Origin: Thalassospira sp.
GTDB lineage: Bacteria > Pseudomonadota > Alphaproteobacteria > Rhodospirillales > Thalassospiraceae
Reading direction: 5' to 3'
Assembly (NCBI RefSeq): GCF_030690045.1
Contig: NZ_JAUYHK010000009.1
Coordinates: 83,718-147,717, forward strand
DNA length: 64,000 bases
Shown here: in pieces, positions 50,941 to 61,159 of the stretch
How positions within the stretch are numbered: position 1 is the stretch's first letter
How the letters are laid out: every line of letters begins with the position of its first letter
Notes under the pieces: generated by a model
The model's database searches: none
What the model saw: the letters and a program-made list of their open reading frames with translations, nothing else
Told to the model about the DNA's origin: nothing
Translations under genes and position numbers: made by a program

Positions 50941-51852
50941 TTACCCTTCCCGCAACTTCACCAGCGTATGCAGCGTCAGATTGACCGGCGTTGCAATGCC
51001 CAGTTCCGCCCCCTTGCGCACGATATAGCCGTTCAGGAAATCAATCTCGCTGGTTTTGCCGCGTGCCAGATCCTGTGCGGTTGATGAATATTGCCCCGGC
51101 ATGGTCTCGGCAATTTTCAGCACCGCCGCCCAGACATCACCGGGCACGCTAACGCCCAGCGCCCCGGCCACAGCAAGGCATTCTGCCACCGCCTGTTCCA
51201 TGACACCGGTCACACCACCGGTTTTCATCAAATCGCCATAGGGCTTTTGCGCAATCGCCGACAAGGCATTCCACGCACAGTTCAAAATCATCTTGGCCCA
51301 TAATGCGCCGGTGGCATTTTCCGAAATCTCCACCGGAATGCCCGCCGGGACAAAGGCCCTGGCAATCGCATCACTTTGCGATGACGGCCCGATCACCAGT
51401 TCACCGCGCCCGTGATGGCGGACATGCCCCGGCCCGGCCATCTCGACCGCCACATAGACCACAACCGGAATAACCGAACGCCCCAAAAGAACCGCAAGCC
51501 GTTCGGCATTATCCACCCCGTTTTGCAGGCTGAGAATGGCGGCATTCGGCGCAAGATGGGGTTTCATCGCCGCACCGGCGGTTTCGGTATCGGTCGATTT
51601 GACACAAAACAGCACCACATCCGCCCCGGCAATCCCGGCAGGATCGGTGGTCGCCGCCACCGCCACATGGATCGCCCCGCCCCGGATATCGAGCATCAAA
51701 CCATCGCGCCGGACCGCCGCCACATGATCCGCCCGGCCAATCAGGGTCACATCATGCCCGGCATTTGCCAGCATCGCCCCGTAATAACATCCGACCGCCC
51801 CGGCCCCCATCACCGCAATTTTCATGGTGTCTGTCCTGTCTGAATTGCTCAT
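50941..51852 (-). CDS. panE: 2-dehydropantoate 2-reductase (ketopantoate reductase)
   Basis: MKIAVMGAGAVGCYYGAMLANAGHDVTLIGR. An alternative start at 51825 gives this N-terminus directly. Confidence 0.8.
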   Translation of the reverse strand: MSNSDRTDTMKIAVMGAGAVGCYYGAMLANAGHDVTLIGRADHVAAVRRDGLMLDIRGGAIHVAVAATTDPAGIAGADVVLFCVKSTDTETAGAAMKPHLAPNAAILSLQNGVDNAERLAVLLGRSVIPVVVYVAVEMAGPGHVRHHGRGELVIGPSSQSDAIARAFVPAGIPVEISENATGALWAKMILNCAWNALSAIAQKPYGDLMKTGGVTGVMEQAVAECLAVAGALGVSVPGDVWAAVLKIAETMPGQYSSTAQDLARGKTSEIDFLNGYIVRKGAELGIATPVNLTLHTLVKLREG

Positions 51853-51858
51853 ACCCGG

Positions 51859-52806
51859 CTATTTTGGTGTGTCGGAAACCGCGCCCGCCACCGTCACATG
51901 ACCGGCACTCCAGCCTCCCGGCCAGACTTCGGCATCGCCATTGCGCAAAGCCCGGATGATCCCCACCGGAATATCACGCGCCACCAGCATGTCGCCATCC
52001 CCTCCATCATCAAATTCCGGCACGGTCTCGGCAAAAATGCCACGGTGCCCCAATTGCGGTTCGCACGGGGTAAACACCGAACAACCCGAATAATTTGTGG
52101 GGTTTTGGGTGGTCTTGCTGGCCGTCCCGGTGGTGCCACAGGCCGCCACCACACACATCAGCTCCACCGCCCGCGCCCTGGCACAGCCAAACACCCGGTT
52201 ATATCCCGATGGCGTCACCGTCATCGACGGGACCAGCACAATATCAATCCCGTGCGGGGCCAAAAGGCATGACAGGGCAGGCATTTCAATATCAAGACAG
52301 ATCACAACCGCAATCCGCAATCCCCGCCATGCCACAATATTGATCCTGTTTCCCGGCGTCAGATACCAGTTATCGGGTTCCTGTTCCCCCGGCGTCAGAC
52401 ACAGCTTGTCCTGAATGATGGCGTCACCCTCGGGGGTAAAAATCATCGCGCTGTTGGTTTGCCCGGCTGGCGGGTTATCCGGGTCAACATGCCAGGGCAT
52501 GCTGCCTGCCACAAAAAACATGTCATGCTTTTTTGAAAGTGCCGCGGCATGGGTCCGTGCAACGGCTCCCTGATCGGCCATCCATGCCATTTCCTGATCG
52601 GGTTTCAATCCGTCCGGTTTGAACGCCATCCACTGTTCGCAGGCATATTCGGGCATCACAAAAATATGTGCGCCATCCCGTCCGGCTTGCGCCATCATCC
52701 TATCAATATGCGCCGCCCAATCCCCCATATCCCGAACCGGAACGCCAAGATTGGTCGCCCACAGGGCGATGGAAACATGATCGGGAAAACCGTTGGCACG
52801 CGACAT
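51859..52806 (-). CDS. Carbon-nitrogen hydrolase (nitrilase superfamily)
   Basis: HIFVMPEY (Glu), RIAVVICLDIEMP (Cys). The ORF extends to 52941; ATG 52806 is preferred. Confidence 0.8.
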   Translation of the reverse strand: MSRANGFPDHVSIALWATNLGVPVRDMGDWAAHIDRMMAQAGRDGAHIFVMPEYACEQWMAFKPDGLKPDQEMAWMADQGAVARTHAAALSKKHDMFFVAGSMPWHVDPDNPPAGQTNSAMIFTPEGDAIIQDKLCLTPGEQEPDNWYLTPGNRINIVAWRGLRIAVVICLDIEMPALSCLLAPHGIDIVLVPSMTVTPSGYNRVFGCARARAVELMCVVAACGTTGTASKTTQNPTNYSGCSVFTPCEPQLGHRGIFAETVPEFDDGGDGDMLVARDIPVGIIRALRNGDAEVWPGGWSAGHVTVAGAVSDTPK

Positions 52807-52900
52807 GATTTGAAACCTGTATGGAAAAACAAGGAACCGGACGGCACAGAACCAGCAGCGCCGCCCGGATATACTGCCTATAGACTGTCTGCGGTCCGGA

Positions 52901-53941
52901 TCAGTTTTTAAGTTTGGTCCAGACACGGTTGCGCAAATCACGCGCCGGGGCCGAGCAATTCTGACCGGGAATCAAAAGACCGGCATATTCTTCGGGCATG
53001 TTGACCGCCGGATCGGCTTTCAATGCCGGATCCATGAAGTCTTCCGTTCCCTTGACCGCATTCATATAGCCCGCGTAATTCGACGCAGCAGCGGCATTTT
53101 CCGGCATCATCATCCAGTTGATGAATGTCTTGGCATTTTCAAGGTTGGGCGCCCCTTTGGGCACAACAAAATGATCCGACCAATAGGTCAGACCTTCCTT
53201 GGGATAGACAAAGACCGCATTGGGAATGCTTTCCTTGGTGCGGTGTGCCGCCCCGTTCCATTGCATATGCATCGTGACCTCGCGGGCCGACATCCGGTCA
53301 ATCGTGCCTTCGGAACTGTAAACCGCAATATAGGGTTTCTGCTTTTGCAGCACATCCAGAACCTTTTGCGCCTCGGCGGGGTCTTCGGTGCATTTCGGCA
53401 CGCCAATATAATAGGACGCGGCATTATACATTTCAACTTCGTCGTTCAGCGCACCAATCTTGCCGTGGAATTCCTCACGCGGTTCAAAAAATTCTTTCCA
53501 GCTTTGTTCCAGTTCGCCATCGGTGGCATCGGCATCATAGGTAAAGCCGGTGGTTCCCCACAAATAGGTCACCGAATATTTGCGATCAGGATCATATTCC
53601 ATCGTGTCGTGAGGTTTGGCGACATTGCCAAAATTCTCAAGGTTTTTGGCATCAAATTCTGTTGCAAGCCCGTCCTTGATCATGACATCGACCATATAGT
53701 CCGATGCAACCGCGATGTCATAACCCGACGCCCCGGCCTGTAATTTCGCCAGCATGGTTTCGTTGGAATCATACACATCCAGCGTGACCTTGATGCCGGT
53801 TTCCGCCTCGAATTTTTCAAACAGTTCCGGCGGAAAATAATTCGACCAGTTATAGAAAAAAAGTTCGCCATCGGCGCGGGCGGTGCCCATCGACAACATG
53901 GCAAGGGCCGAAGCCCCCAAAAGCACAGAACGTATTTTCAT
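52901..53941 (-). CDS. Polyamine-type (PotF/PotD-like) periplasmic binding protein
   Basis: Signal peptide MKIRSVLLGASALAMLSMGTARA, then ELFFYNWSNYFPPELFEKFEAETGIKVTLDVYDSNETMLAKL. Confidence 0.85.
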   Translation of the reverse strand: MKIRSVLLGASALAMLSMGTARADGELFFYNWSNYFPPELFEKFEAETGIKVTLDVYDSNETMLAKLQAGASGYDIAVASDYMVDVMIKDGLATEFDAKNLENFGNVAKPHDTMEYDPDRKYSVTYLWGTTGFTYDADATDGELEQSWKEFFEPREEFHGKIGALNDEVEMYNAASYYIGVPKCTEDPAEAQKVLDVLQKQKPYIAVYSSEGTIDRMSAREVTMHMQWNGAAHRTKESIPNAVFVYPKEGLTYWSDHFVVPKGAPNLENAKTFINWMMMPENAAAASNYAGYMNAVKGTEDFMDPALKADPAVNMPEEYAGLLIPGQNCSAPARDLRNRVWTKLKN

Positions 53942-54039
53942 TGCGATACTCCCTGACAAGGACGGTATTTTCTGTTTGTTCAGATGGCCGCAAGCCCGTC
54001 CGGAAACCGGCAACCTTTAAATCAAACGACAATCCCCGA

Positions 54040-54834
54040 TCAGTAACGAATACGATCAATCAGGAAAGAGATGCTGACAAACACGATTGAAATGATCAGC
54101 ATCAGGGCGGAAACGGCGTTGACTTCGGGTGTGATGCCCATCCGGATCATCCCGAAAATATAGATCGGCAAGGTGGTCGCCCCGGCCCCGCCGACAAAAT
54201 AGGAAATCACAAAATCATCCAGCGAGATGATAAAGGACAACATCGCACCGGACATGATCCCCGGCCATAACAGCGGGAAAGTCACCCGGCGAAACGCCTG
54301 CCATTCATTGGCATATAAATCGTTCGCCGCTTCGGCCAATGCCGGGTCCATGCCGTCCAGCCGCGCCCGGATCGGCAAATAGGCAAACGGAATGCAAAAC
54401 ACCGTATGGGCCGCAATCACACTGATCAGGCCAAGCTGAACCCCGATGGCAACAAAAAACAGCAAGGTGGCAATCGCCGTGACAATTTCCGGCACCAGCA
54501 AGGGCAGAACCAGCATAGCCGCCACCCCGGTTTCGCCGCGAAACCGCTGACGTGCCATGCCCAGTGCGGCAAGTGTCGCCGCCGTGGTTGCGATCACCGT
54601 GGCCGATACCGCAATCACCAGCGAATTTTTGGCTGCACGCAACATATCATCATTGGAAAGGGCAACACGATACCAGTCGGTGGAAAACCCGGTCCAGATG
54701 GTCGCAAGCCGGTTTTCATTAAAGGACAACACAATCAGAACAAGGATCGGCAGATACAAATAGGCAAAAAAGAACATTGCCATCGGCGTGATGCCGCGAA
54801 ACCGCCAAAGCGGGTTGGAGGTATCTATTTTCAT
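54040..54834 (-). CDS. ABC transporter permease (PotI/PotC-like)
   Basis: The ATGA start overlap at 54831-54834 fixes the start (MKIDTSNPLW...). EAA loop ALAEAANDLYANEWQAFRRVTFP. Confidence 0.9.
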   Translation of the reverse strand: MKIDTSNPLWRFRGITPMAMFFFAYLYLPILVLIVLSFNENRLATIWTGFSTDWYRVALSNDDMLRAAKNSLVIAVSATVIATTAATLAALGMARQRFRGETGVAAMLVLPLLVPEIVTAIATLLFFVAIGVQLGLISVIAAHTVFCIPFAYLPIRARLDGMDPALAEAANDLYANEWQAFRRVTFPLLWPGIMSGAMLSFIISLDDFVISYFVGGAGATTLPIYIFGMIRMGITPEVNAVSALMLIISIVFVSISFLIDRIRY

Positions 54835-55727
54835 AGTTTTTCCTCCGGCAATGATTTGAATTTCATTGCGTAAATCATCATCGACAGCAAAACAAAAGCC
54901 AGAAGGACAAAACCAAGTGCCGCGCCAAACGGCCAGTTGCGCGCCGCCCCGAACTGGCTGCCGATCAGATTGGCAATCATCATGAATTTGCCGCCGCCCA
55001 AAAGTTCGGGCGTCACATAAGCCCCAAGGCACGGAATGAAAACAAGGATACAGCCCGCCGCAATGCCCGGTGCCGCCAACGGCAAAATGACACGGGTCAT
55101 CGCCCGCCATTTATCTGCGCCAAGGTCAAACGCGGCCTCGATCAACCGGTGATCCAGTTTTTCAAGGCTGGCATAGATCGGTAAAACCATGAAGGGCAAA
55201 TAGGTATAAGTCAGCCCGATCGAAACGGCATAAGGGGTGTAAAGAATATCCAGCCCGCCACTTTCATACCCCAGCCATGCCAGTCCGTTATCAATCAGCC
55301 CGCCATTGCGCAGCAACAGCATCCAGGCATAATTACGGACCAGAATGTTGGTCCAGAACGGAATGGTCACCAGAAAAATCAGGAAATTGCGGCGGGCCTG
55401 CGGTTGCATTGAAATGTAAAACGCGGTCGGAAAACCCAGAACAAGGGCAAAAACCATCGTCATGGCCGACAGGCCAAAAGACCGGGCAAAAATTTGCAGA
55501 TAATCTGTATTGAACATCAGATTATCCATCAGATCGCGTTCAAACAGAAAACTGGCATAGGCATCAAACGAAAAAACGCCCCAGTTCACCGCACCATAAT
55601 CACCGCGTTCAAGGATCGAGACATAGGCCATCTGGCCCAACGGCACCGCCATGAAAAAGCCGATATAAAGCACCGCCGGGGCAATCAGCCAAAATCGTTT
55701 GCTGCGGATAAGATTGCCCATGATCAA
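54831..55727 (-). CDS. ABC transporter permease (PotH/PotB-like)
   Basis: Polytopic membrane protein with the loop LIEAAFDLGADKWRAMTRVILP. Confidence 0.9.
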   Translation of the reverse strand: MIMGNLIRSKRFWLIAPAVLYIGFFMAVPLGQMAYVSILERGDYGAVNWGVFSFDAYASFLFERDLMDNLMFNTDYLQIFARSFGLSAMTMVFALVLGFPTAFYISMQPQARRNFLIFLVTIPFWTNILVRNYAWMLLLRNGGLIDNGLAWLGYESGGLDILYTPYAVSIGLTYTYLPFMVLPIYASLEKLDHRLIEAAFDLGADKWRAMTRVILPLAAPGIAAGCILVFIPCLGAYVTPELLGGGKFMMIANLIGSQFGAARNWPFGAALGFVLLAFVLLSMMIYAMKFKSLPEEKL

Positions 55728-56830
55728 TCTGCCAGTACACGAATGGCATCGACCGGCACGGTCACACCGACCTGCGCACCGCGTTCAAATTCGCGGCCTT
55801 CGCCCTCGCGGTTCTGGACACGCACGGTCAGTCTCGCATCGGTTCCCGATGGGCCAAGATCAATGTGATAAGTGGTATCTGTGCCAAAATAAACGATGTC
55901 GCGGATGGTGCCGGTCAACCCGTCCTTTTGATCATTGCGGGCATAAAGCGCCAGGCGTTCCGGGCGAATGGAAATCGTCACATTGTCACGCGGCCCCGAT
56001 ACCGGCATGGCCGCCAATGCAATTTCCCGACCGCCTGCAAGGGTCAGAACCGCCGCCCCGCCATCCGTTTGCCGCACCTCACCATGCAGGAAATTGCTTT
56101 CGCCAATAAAATCGGCCACAAACCGGTGCGTCGGGCTTTCATAAATGTCGCGCGGGCTCCCGATCTGCAATATTTTCCCGGCCTGCATCACGGCAATCCG
56201 GTCCGACATTGCAAGGGCTTCTTCCTGATCATGGGTCACAAAAACAAAGGTGATGCCGGTTTCCGTTTGCAGACGTTTCAGTTCGATCTGCATTTCCTTG
56301 CGCAATTTCAGATCAAGGGCGGATAAAGGTTCATCCAGCAGCAAAACCCGCGGGGCGGGGGCAAGGGCACGGGCCAGGGCAATGCGTTGCTGCTGCCCCC
56401 CCGAAAGCTGGCTTGGCATGCGGTCCCCATAGGGGGCAAGCTGCACAAGATCAAGCATCTCATCGGCGCGCCCGTTTGCCTCGCGGCGCGGCATCCCCTT
56501 CATTTCCAGACCGAATGTGATGTTCTGGCGCACGGTCAAATGGGGAAACAGGGCATAGGATTGAAAAACAGTGTTGATGGGCCGCTTGTACGGGGGCAAG
56601 TCATTCAATACCTGCCCTTCAAGCAAAATATCCCCGGATGTCGCCTGTTCAAACCCGCCGATCAGTCGCAGCAAAGTCGTCTTTCCACAGCCCGATGGCC
56701 CAAGCATGGTGAAAAACTCGTTTTGGCAAATATCGACGGAAACATCGTCAAGCGCCCTGACCTGTTCCGGCCCATTGCCAAAAATTTTACTTACAGATCG
56801 GGCCGAAACCACAATATCTGACATGCGCAC
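55724..56830 (-). CDS. ABC transporter ATP-binding protein (PotA/PotG-like)
   Basis: [35 protein letters not shown]. Confidence 0.9.
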   Translation of the reverse strand: MRMSDIVVSARSVSKIFGNGPEQVRALDDVSVDICQNEFFTMLGPSGCGKTTLLRLIGGFEQATSGDILLEGQVLNDLPPYKRPINTVFQSYALFPHLTVRQNITFGLEMKGMPRREANGRADEMLDLVQLAPYGDRMPSQLSGGQQQRIALARALAPAPRVLLLDEPLSALDLKLRKEMQIELKRLQTETGITFVFVTHDQEEALAMSDRIAVMQAGKILQIGSPRDIYESPTHRFVADFIGESNFLHGEVRQTDGGAAVLTLAGGREIALAAMPVSGPRDNVTISIRPERLALYARNDQKDGLTGTIRDIVYFGTDTTYHIDLGPSGTDARLTVRVQNREGEGREFERGAQVGVTVPVDAIRVLAD

Positions 56831-57041
56831 CCCTGATTTGTTTTTTTAAACGATATAAAACATTTCGGGGTTTGCAAAGCAACGAGGCCAGAATACGCCA
56901 ATATATGCACTTTCTGCGATAAATGCCCCCTCTGACAGAATGATCTGGCAGCAGAATATGCCAATCGCACAGAATCATGTGCGGCCCGGCATCGCGGTGC
57001 AGCGTATTTTGCCCGAATTCAACGCATATGATGCACGGCAG

Positions 57042-58280
57042 TCAGATCATCCCGGCGGCACGCAATCTGGCAATCTGCTCATCGCTCAGCCCGGCAACCT
57101 CGCGCAGCACAGCGTCGCTATGCTGGCCCAGCATCGGCGGGGCGGTGTCATACACAATCGGGGTGGCCGAGAATTTCAGCGGATTGGCAACCGTCGGCAC
57201 GGTTCCCGCCGTCGGGTGATCAAGATTGCGCACCGTGGCGCGATGTTGCACCTGCGGATTGTCAAACACCCGGTCCAGCGTATTGATCGGCCCGCACGGC
57301 ACATTGGCGGTTTCCAAAAGATCAATCCATTGATCGGTGGTTTTCTGCACCATGGCACCGCGCACCAGCGGCACCAGTGCCGCCCGGTTGGCAACCCGTG
57401 CGCGGTTGGTGGCAAAACGGTCATCCCCGGCCACACCAACAAGCCCGGCAACCGCACAGAAACTTTTAAACTGGCTGTCATTGCCCACCGCCAGAATCAG
57501 ATACCCATCCGCCGTCGGAAAGGCTTCATAGGGCACAATATTGGGATGCGCATTGCCCAGCCGCCCCGGTGCGGTGCCGGTGGTCAGGTAATTCATCGCC
57601 TGATTGGCAAGGATGGCGGTTTGCACATCCAGCAACGCCAGATCGATATATTGCCCCTCGCCGCCTGCCTGCCGGTGATGCAGGGCCGCCAGAATGCCGA
57701 TTGTCGCATAAAGGCCGGTAAAAATATCGGCCACCGCCACGCCCACCTTGACCGGCTGCCCGCCCGGTTCGGAATCCGGGGCCCCGGTCAGGCTCATCAA
57801 TCCGCCCATCGCCTGGATCATGAAATCATAACCCGGCCGGTCCTTATAAGGGCCATCCTGCCCGAAACCGGTGATCGAACAATAAATCAGCGCCGGGTTA
57901 ACCGCCCGCAGGCTGGCATAATCCAGACCATATTTCGCAAGTCCGCCGACCTTGAAATTTTCAATCACCACATCGGATCTGGCCGCAAGATTGCGGATGA
58001 TCTCCTGCCCCTCGGACCGGGTGATATCAACCGTCAGGGATTTTTTGCCGCGATTGGCCGACAGGTAATAGGCGGCCTCGGTTGTATCCTTGCCATTGGC
58101 ATCCTTGGCATAGGGCGGGCCCCAGCCCCGGGTATCATCCCCGGCACCGGGCCGTTCGATCTTGATCACTTCGGCCCCCAGATCGGCCAAAGTCTGGCTG
58201 GCCCACGGACCGGCCAGCACACGCGAAAGATCAAGCACACGGATTCCAGAAAGCGCCCCGGTCATTGCATATCCTGCCAA
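57042..58280 (-). CDS. Family III CoA-transferase (CaiB/BaiF), likely a glutarate CoA-transferase partner of GcdH
   Basis: LSGIRVLDLSRVLAGPWASQTLADLGAEVIKIERPGAGDDTRGW. Confidence 0.85.
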   Translation of the reverse strand: MAGYAMTGALSGIRVLDLSRVLAGPWASQTLADLGAEVIKIERPGAGDDTRGWGPPYAKDANGKDTTEAAYYLSANRGKKSLTVDITRSEGQEIIRNLAARSDVVIENFKVGGLAKYGLDYASLRAVNPALIYCSITGFGQDGPYKDRPGYDFMIQAMGGLMSLTGAPDSEPGGQPVKVGVAVADIFTGLYATIGILAALHHRQAGGEGQYIDLALLDVQTAILANQAMNYLTTGTAPGRLGNAHPNIVPYEAFPTADGYLILAVGNDSQFKSFCAVAGLVGVAGDDRFATNRARVANRAALVPLVRGAMVQKTTDQWIDLLETANVPCGPINTLDRVFDNPQVQHRATVRNLDHPTAGTVPTVANPLKFSATPIVYDTAPPMLGQHSDAVLREVAGLSDEQIARLRAAGMI

Positions 58281-58339
58281 CAGATCAGAAAGAAAAAGGG
58301 CGGATGCCCTGTCGCACCCGCCCGGTATTCAGGGTACGA

Positions 58340-59527
58340 TCACGCCCCGGTAAAGGCCTGAATGCCGGTCTGTGCCCGGCCCAGAATCAACGCATGCACA
58401 TCATGCGTCCCTTCATAGGTATTGACCGCCTCCAGATTCATCACATGGCGGATGACATGGAATTCATCGGCAATGCCGTTGCCACCATGCATGTCCCGCG
58501 ACACACGGGCAATATCCAGCGCCTTGCCGCAATTATTGCGTTTCATCAGCGAAATGGATTCCGGTGCCGCCGTTCCCGCGTCCAGCATCCGGCCCAGTTG
58601 CAGAACGCCCTGCAAACCAAGGGTGATTTCGGTTTGCATATTGGCCAGTTTCAACTGGATCAACTGATTGGCGGCCAACGGACGGCCAAACTGTTTGCGA
58701 TCCAGCGTATATTGACGCGCCGCGTGCCAGCAAAATTCAGCCGCCCCCATCACGCCCCAGGCAATGCCATACCGCGCCTTGTTCAAACAGCCAAACGGCC
58801 CGCCCAAACCACGGGCATCGGGCAACATGTTTTCCGCCGGGACAAAAACATTATCCATCACGATTTCACCGGTGATCGAGGCCCGCAGCGAAAATTTGCC
58901 TTCAATCTTGGGCGCGCTCAGGCCCTTCATGCCTTTTTCAAGGATGAATCCGCGAATGACACCTTCGTCATCCTTGCCCCAGACGATAAAGACATCGGCA
59001 ATCGGGCTGTTGGTGATCCACATTTTGGCCCCGGTCAGGATAAACCCGCCATCGGCCTTGCGGGCACGGGTCTTCATGCCCGCCGGATCGGACCCGTGAT
59101 CGGGTTCCGTCAGGCCAAAACAGCCGACCCATTCACCGGTGGCAAGTTTCGGCAGATATTTTTGGCGCTGTTCTTCGCTGCCATAGGCATAAATCGGATG
59201 CATCACCAACGAACTTTGCACCGACATCGCCGAACGATACCCGCTATCGACCCGCTCCACCTCACGCGCCACAAGGCCATAGGCAACATGATTGACACCC
59301 GGCCCGCCATATTCTTCGGGGATGGTCGGGCCCAGCAGGCCCAATGCGCCCATTTCGCTCATGATTTCGCGGTGGAAAATTTCGTGGCGGTTGGCTTCCA
59401 GAACGCGGGTTTGCAGGTTTTCCTGGCAATAGGCGCGCGCCGCATCGCGGATCATGCGCTCTTCTTCGCTTAACTGATCTTCAAGCAGCAGCGGGTCTTC
59501 CCACTGAAACGATGCGCGGCTGGCCAT
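58340..59527 (-). CDS. gcdH: Glutaryl-CoA dehydrogenase
   Basis: [28 protein letters not shown]...[14 protein letters not shown]...[13 protein letters not shown]...GGNGI. Confidence 0.9.
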   Translation of the reverse strand: MASRASFQWEDPLLLEDQLSEEERMIRDAARAYCQENLQTRVLEANRHEIFHREIMSEMGALGLLGPTIPEEYGGPGVNHVAYGLVAREVERVDSGYRSAMSVQSSLVMHPIYAYGSEEQRQKYLPKLATGEWVGCFGLTEPDHGSDPAGMKTRARKADGGFILTGAKMWITNSPIADVFIVWGKDDEGVIRGFILEKGMKGLSAPKIEGKFSLRASITGEIVMDNVFVPAENMLPDARGLGGPFGCLNKARYGIAWGVMGAAEFCWHAARQYTLDRKQFGRPLAANQLIQLKLANMQTEITLGLQGVLQLGRMLDAGTAAPESISLMKRNNCGKALDIARVSRDMHGGNGIADEFHVIRHVMNLEAVNTYEGTHDVHALILGRAQTGIQAFTGA

Positions 59528-59654
59528 GATCCGGTCCCTTATGAAAATTTATAAAAAAAGGGATGCCACCAAATTTGGGCGAGACGGCAGCATCCCGGTC
59601 GTCTGCCTTGAAACTAGGGATTGGCAGCGTCCGGTGCAAATGATAAATCTGTCA

Positions 59655-59681
59655 GACTTCATGCGAAAAAATCATAAAGTC
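59655..59681. promoter_or_regulatory. Inverted repeat in the gcdH / LysR divergent region (candidate regulator site)
   Basis: GACTTCATG-N9-CATAAAGTC, with 8 of 9 arm positions complementary. Confidence 0.3.
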
Positions 59682-59708
59682 TGTGTTCTGTCCCTGCAAA
59701 GGTTGCCA

Positions 59709-60620
59709 ATGGCCCGCCGCATTCCGACGCTTAAAGCACTTGCCTGTTTTGAACAAACCGCGCGATTTGGCAATGCCTCGCGGGCCGCAGGGGAATTATA
59801 TCTGACGCAAAGTGCGGTCAGCCGCCAGATACAGGGGCTGGAAGAATGGCTGGGCTGCAAATTGTTTGCCCGCGAAAAACAACGCCTTGTCCTGACCGCC
59901 GAGGGCGAAACCTATCTTCAGGCAATCCGCCCCGCCCTTGATCAGCTTGAAACCGCAACCCTGACATTTTTGTCGGGCGGGGCCGAAGGCGGGGTTCTGA
60001 CCATTGCCGCCCCGCCAACCTTCGGGTCGCGCTGCCTGATCCCGCTTTTGCCCGACTTTCGCCGCACCCACCCCGATATCGTGATCAATTTCATTTCGCG
60101 GATCGGCATGCCCGATTTCGACCGGGAACAGATCGACATCGCCGTGCTGTTTGGCGACGGGCAATGGCCGGGGCTGGAATCCCACCGCCTGCATGGCGAG
60201 GAAATGGTGCCAATCTGTAGCCCAAAACTGATTGCGGCCCTTGATCATCCCCCGCAACCAGACAACCTTGGCGATTATGCGCTTTTACACATCGCCACCC
60301 GCCCACGCGGTTGGAGCGATTGGCTGAAAGCCAGCGGGATCACCGGAATAGACGGTGAAAACGGCCCGAAATTCGAGCATTTCACCATGGCGATGCAGGC
60401 CGCCATTGCCGGGCTGGGGGTGGCGTTATTACCGACCTTTGCGATTGAAGACGAACTGGCCAGCGGGCGGATCGTCGCCCCCTTTGGCCCGCCGCGGGCC
60501 AGCCCGTTTCACTATTACGCCACCTGCCCGGCAGGCCGGGCAAGATTGCCAAAAATCCGCGCTTTCATGACCTGGCTGGAAAACCGCGAAGACACGGAAA
60601 GGCTGATCGCCCCGCGTTAG
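59709..60620 (+). CDS. LysR-family regulator (GcdR/GcvA-like)
   Basis: MARRIPTLKALACFEQTARFGNASRAAGELYLTQSAVSRQIQGLEEWLGCKLFAR. The ORF extends upstream to 59526. Confidence 0.9.
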   Translation: MARRIPTLKALACFEQTARFGNASRAAGELYLTQSAVSRQIQGLEEWLGCKLFAREKQRLVLTAEGETYLQAIRPALDQLETATLTFLSGGAEGGVLTIAAPPTFGSRCLIPLLPDFRRTHPDIVINFISRIGMPDFDREQIDIAVLFGDGQWPGLESHRLHGEEMVPICSPKLIAALDHPPQPDNLGDYALLHIATRPRGWSDWLKASGITGIDGENGPKFEHFTMAMQAAIAGLGVALLPTFAIEDELASGRIVAPFGPPRASPFHYYATCPAGRARLPKIRAFMTWLENREDTERLIAPR

Positions 60621-61144
60621 TCCACATTGGCAAGGGTAAGACGCATGGCGCATCGCCGGTCTGGCGGCAGGCCCAGTTCCGCTTCATGCGCCAGAATCCC
60701 GGCCAGACGCGCCCCGGTTTGTTCCGGTGACAACACATCAAACCCGATACCGGCGTAAAAGCCGTCATTCCACGGCACATCGCAAAACGTGGTCAGGGTC
60801 AGTGCGGACAGCCCCTGCGCAACGGCATGATCCCGGACTGCCGCCATCAGGTGCCGACCTGTTCCCTGCCCCTGATATCGGGGCAGAACCGCCAGTTGCC
60901 AGATATGCAATGCGTCATCGCATTTCCCGGCTGTCACAAATCCGACGACAAGACCGGCATCATCCATCGCCAGCCATACCGTATTCTGAACGATATGGCG
61001 CAGATGAAGATCGACCGGCATGACATCGTCATCGGCCACCCACGCAAGATCGGGATGATTGCGAAAAACCTCACCTGCCTGCCGTTCAATATCGGGAAAC
61101 AGGGCGGCGTCCTGCGGACGCGCAGTCCGGATAATGATGGTCAT
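60617..61144 (-). CDS. GNAT-family N-acetyltransferase
   Basis: IWQLAVLPRYQGQGTGRHLMAAVRDHA. Confidence 0.85.
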   Translation of the reverse strand: MTIIIRTARPQDAALFPDIERQAGEVFRNHPDLAWVADDDVMPVDLHLRHIVQNTVWLAMDDAGLVVGFVTAGKCDDALHIWQLAVLPRYQGQGTGRHLMAAVRDHAVAQGLSALTLTTFCDVPWNDGFYAGIGFDVLSPEQTGARLAGILAHEAELGLPPDRRCAMRLTLANVD

Positions 61145-61159
61145 GAAAACACCGCCAAC

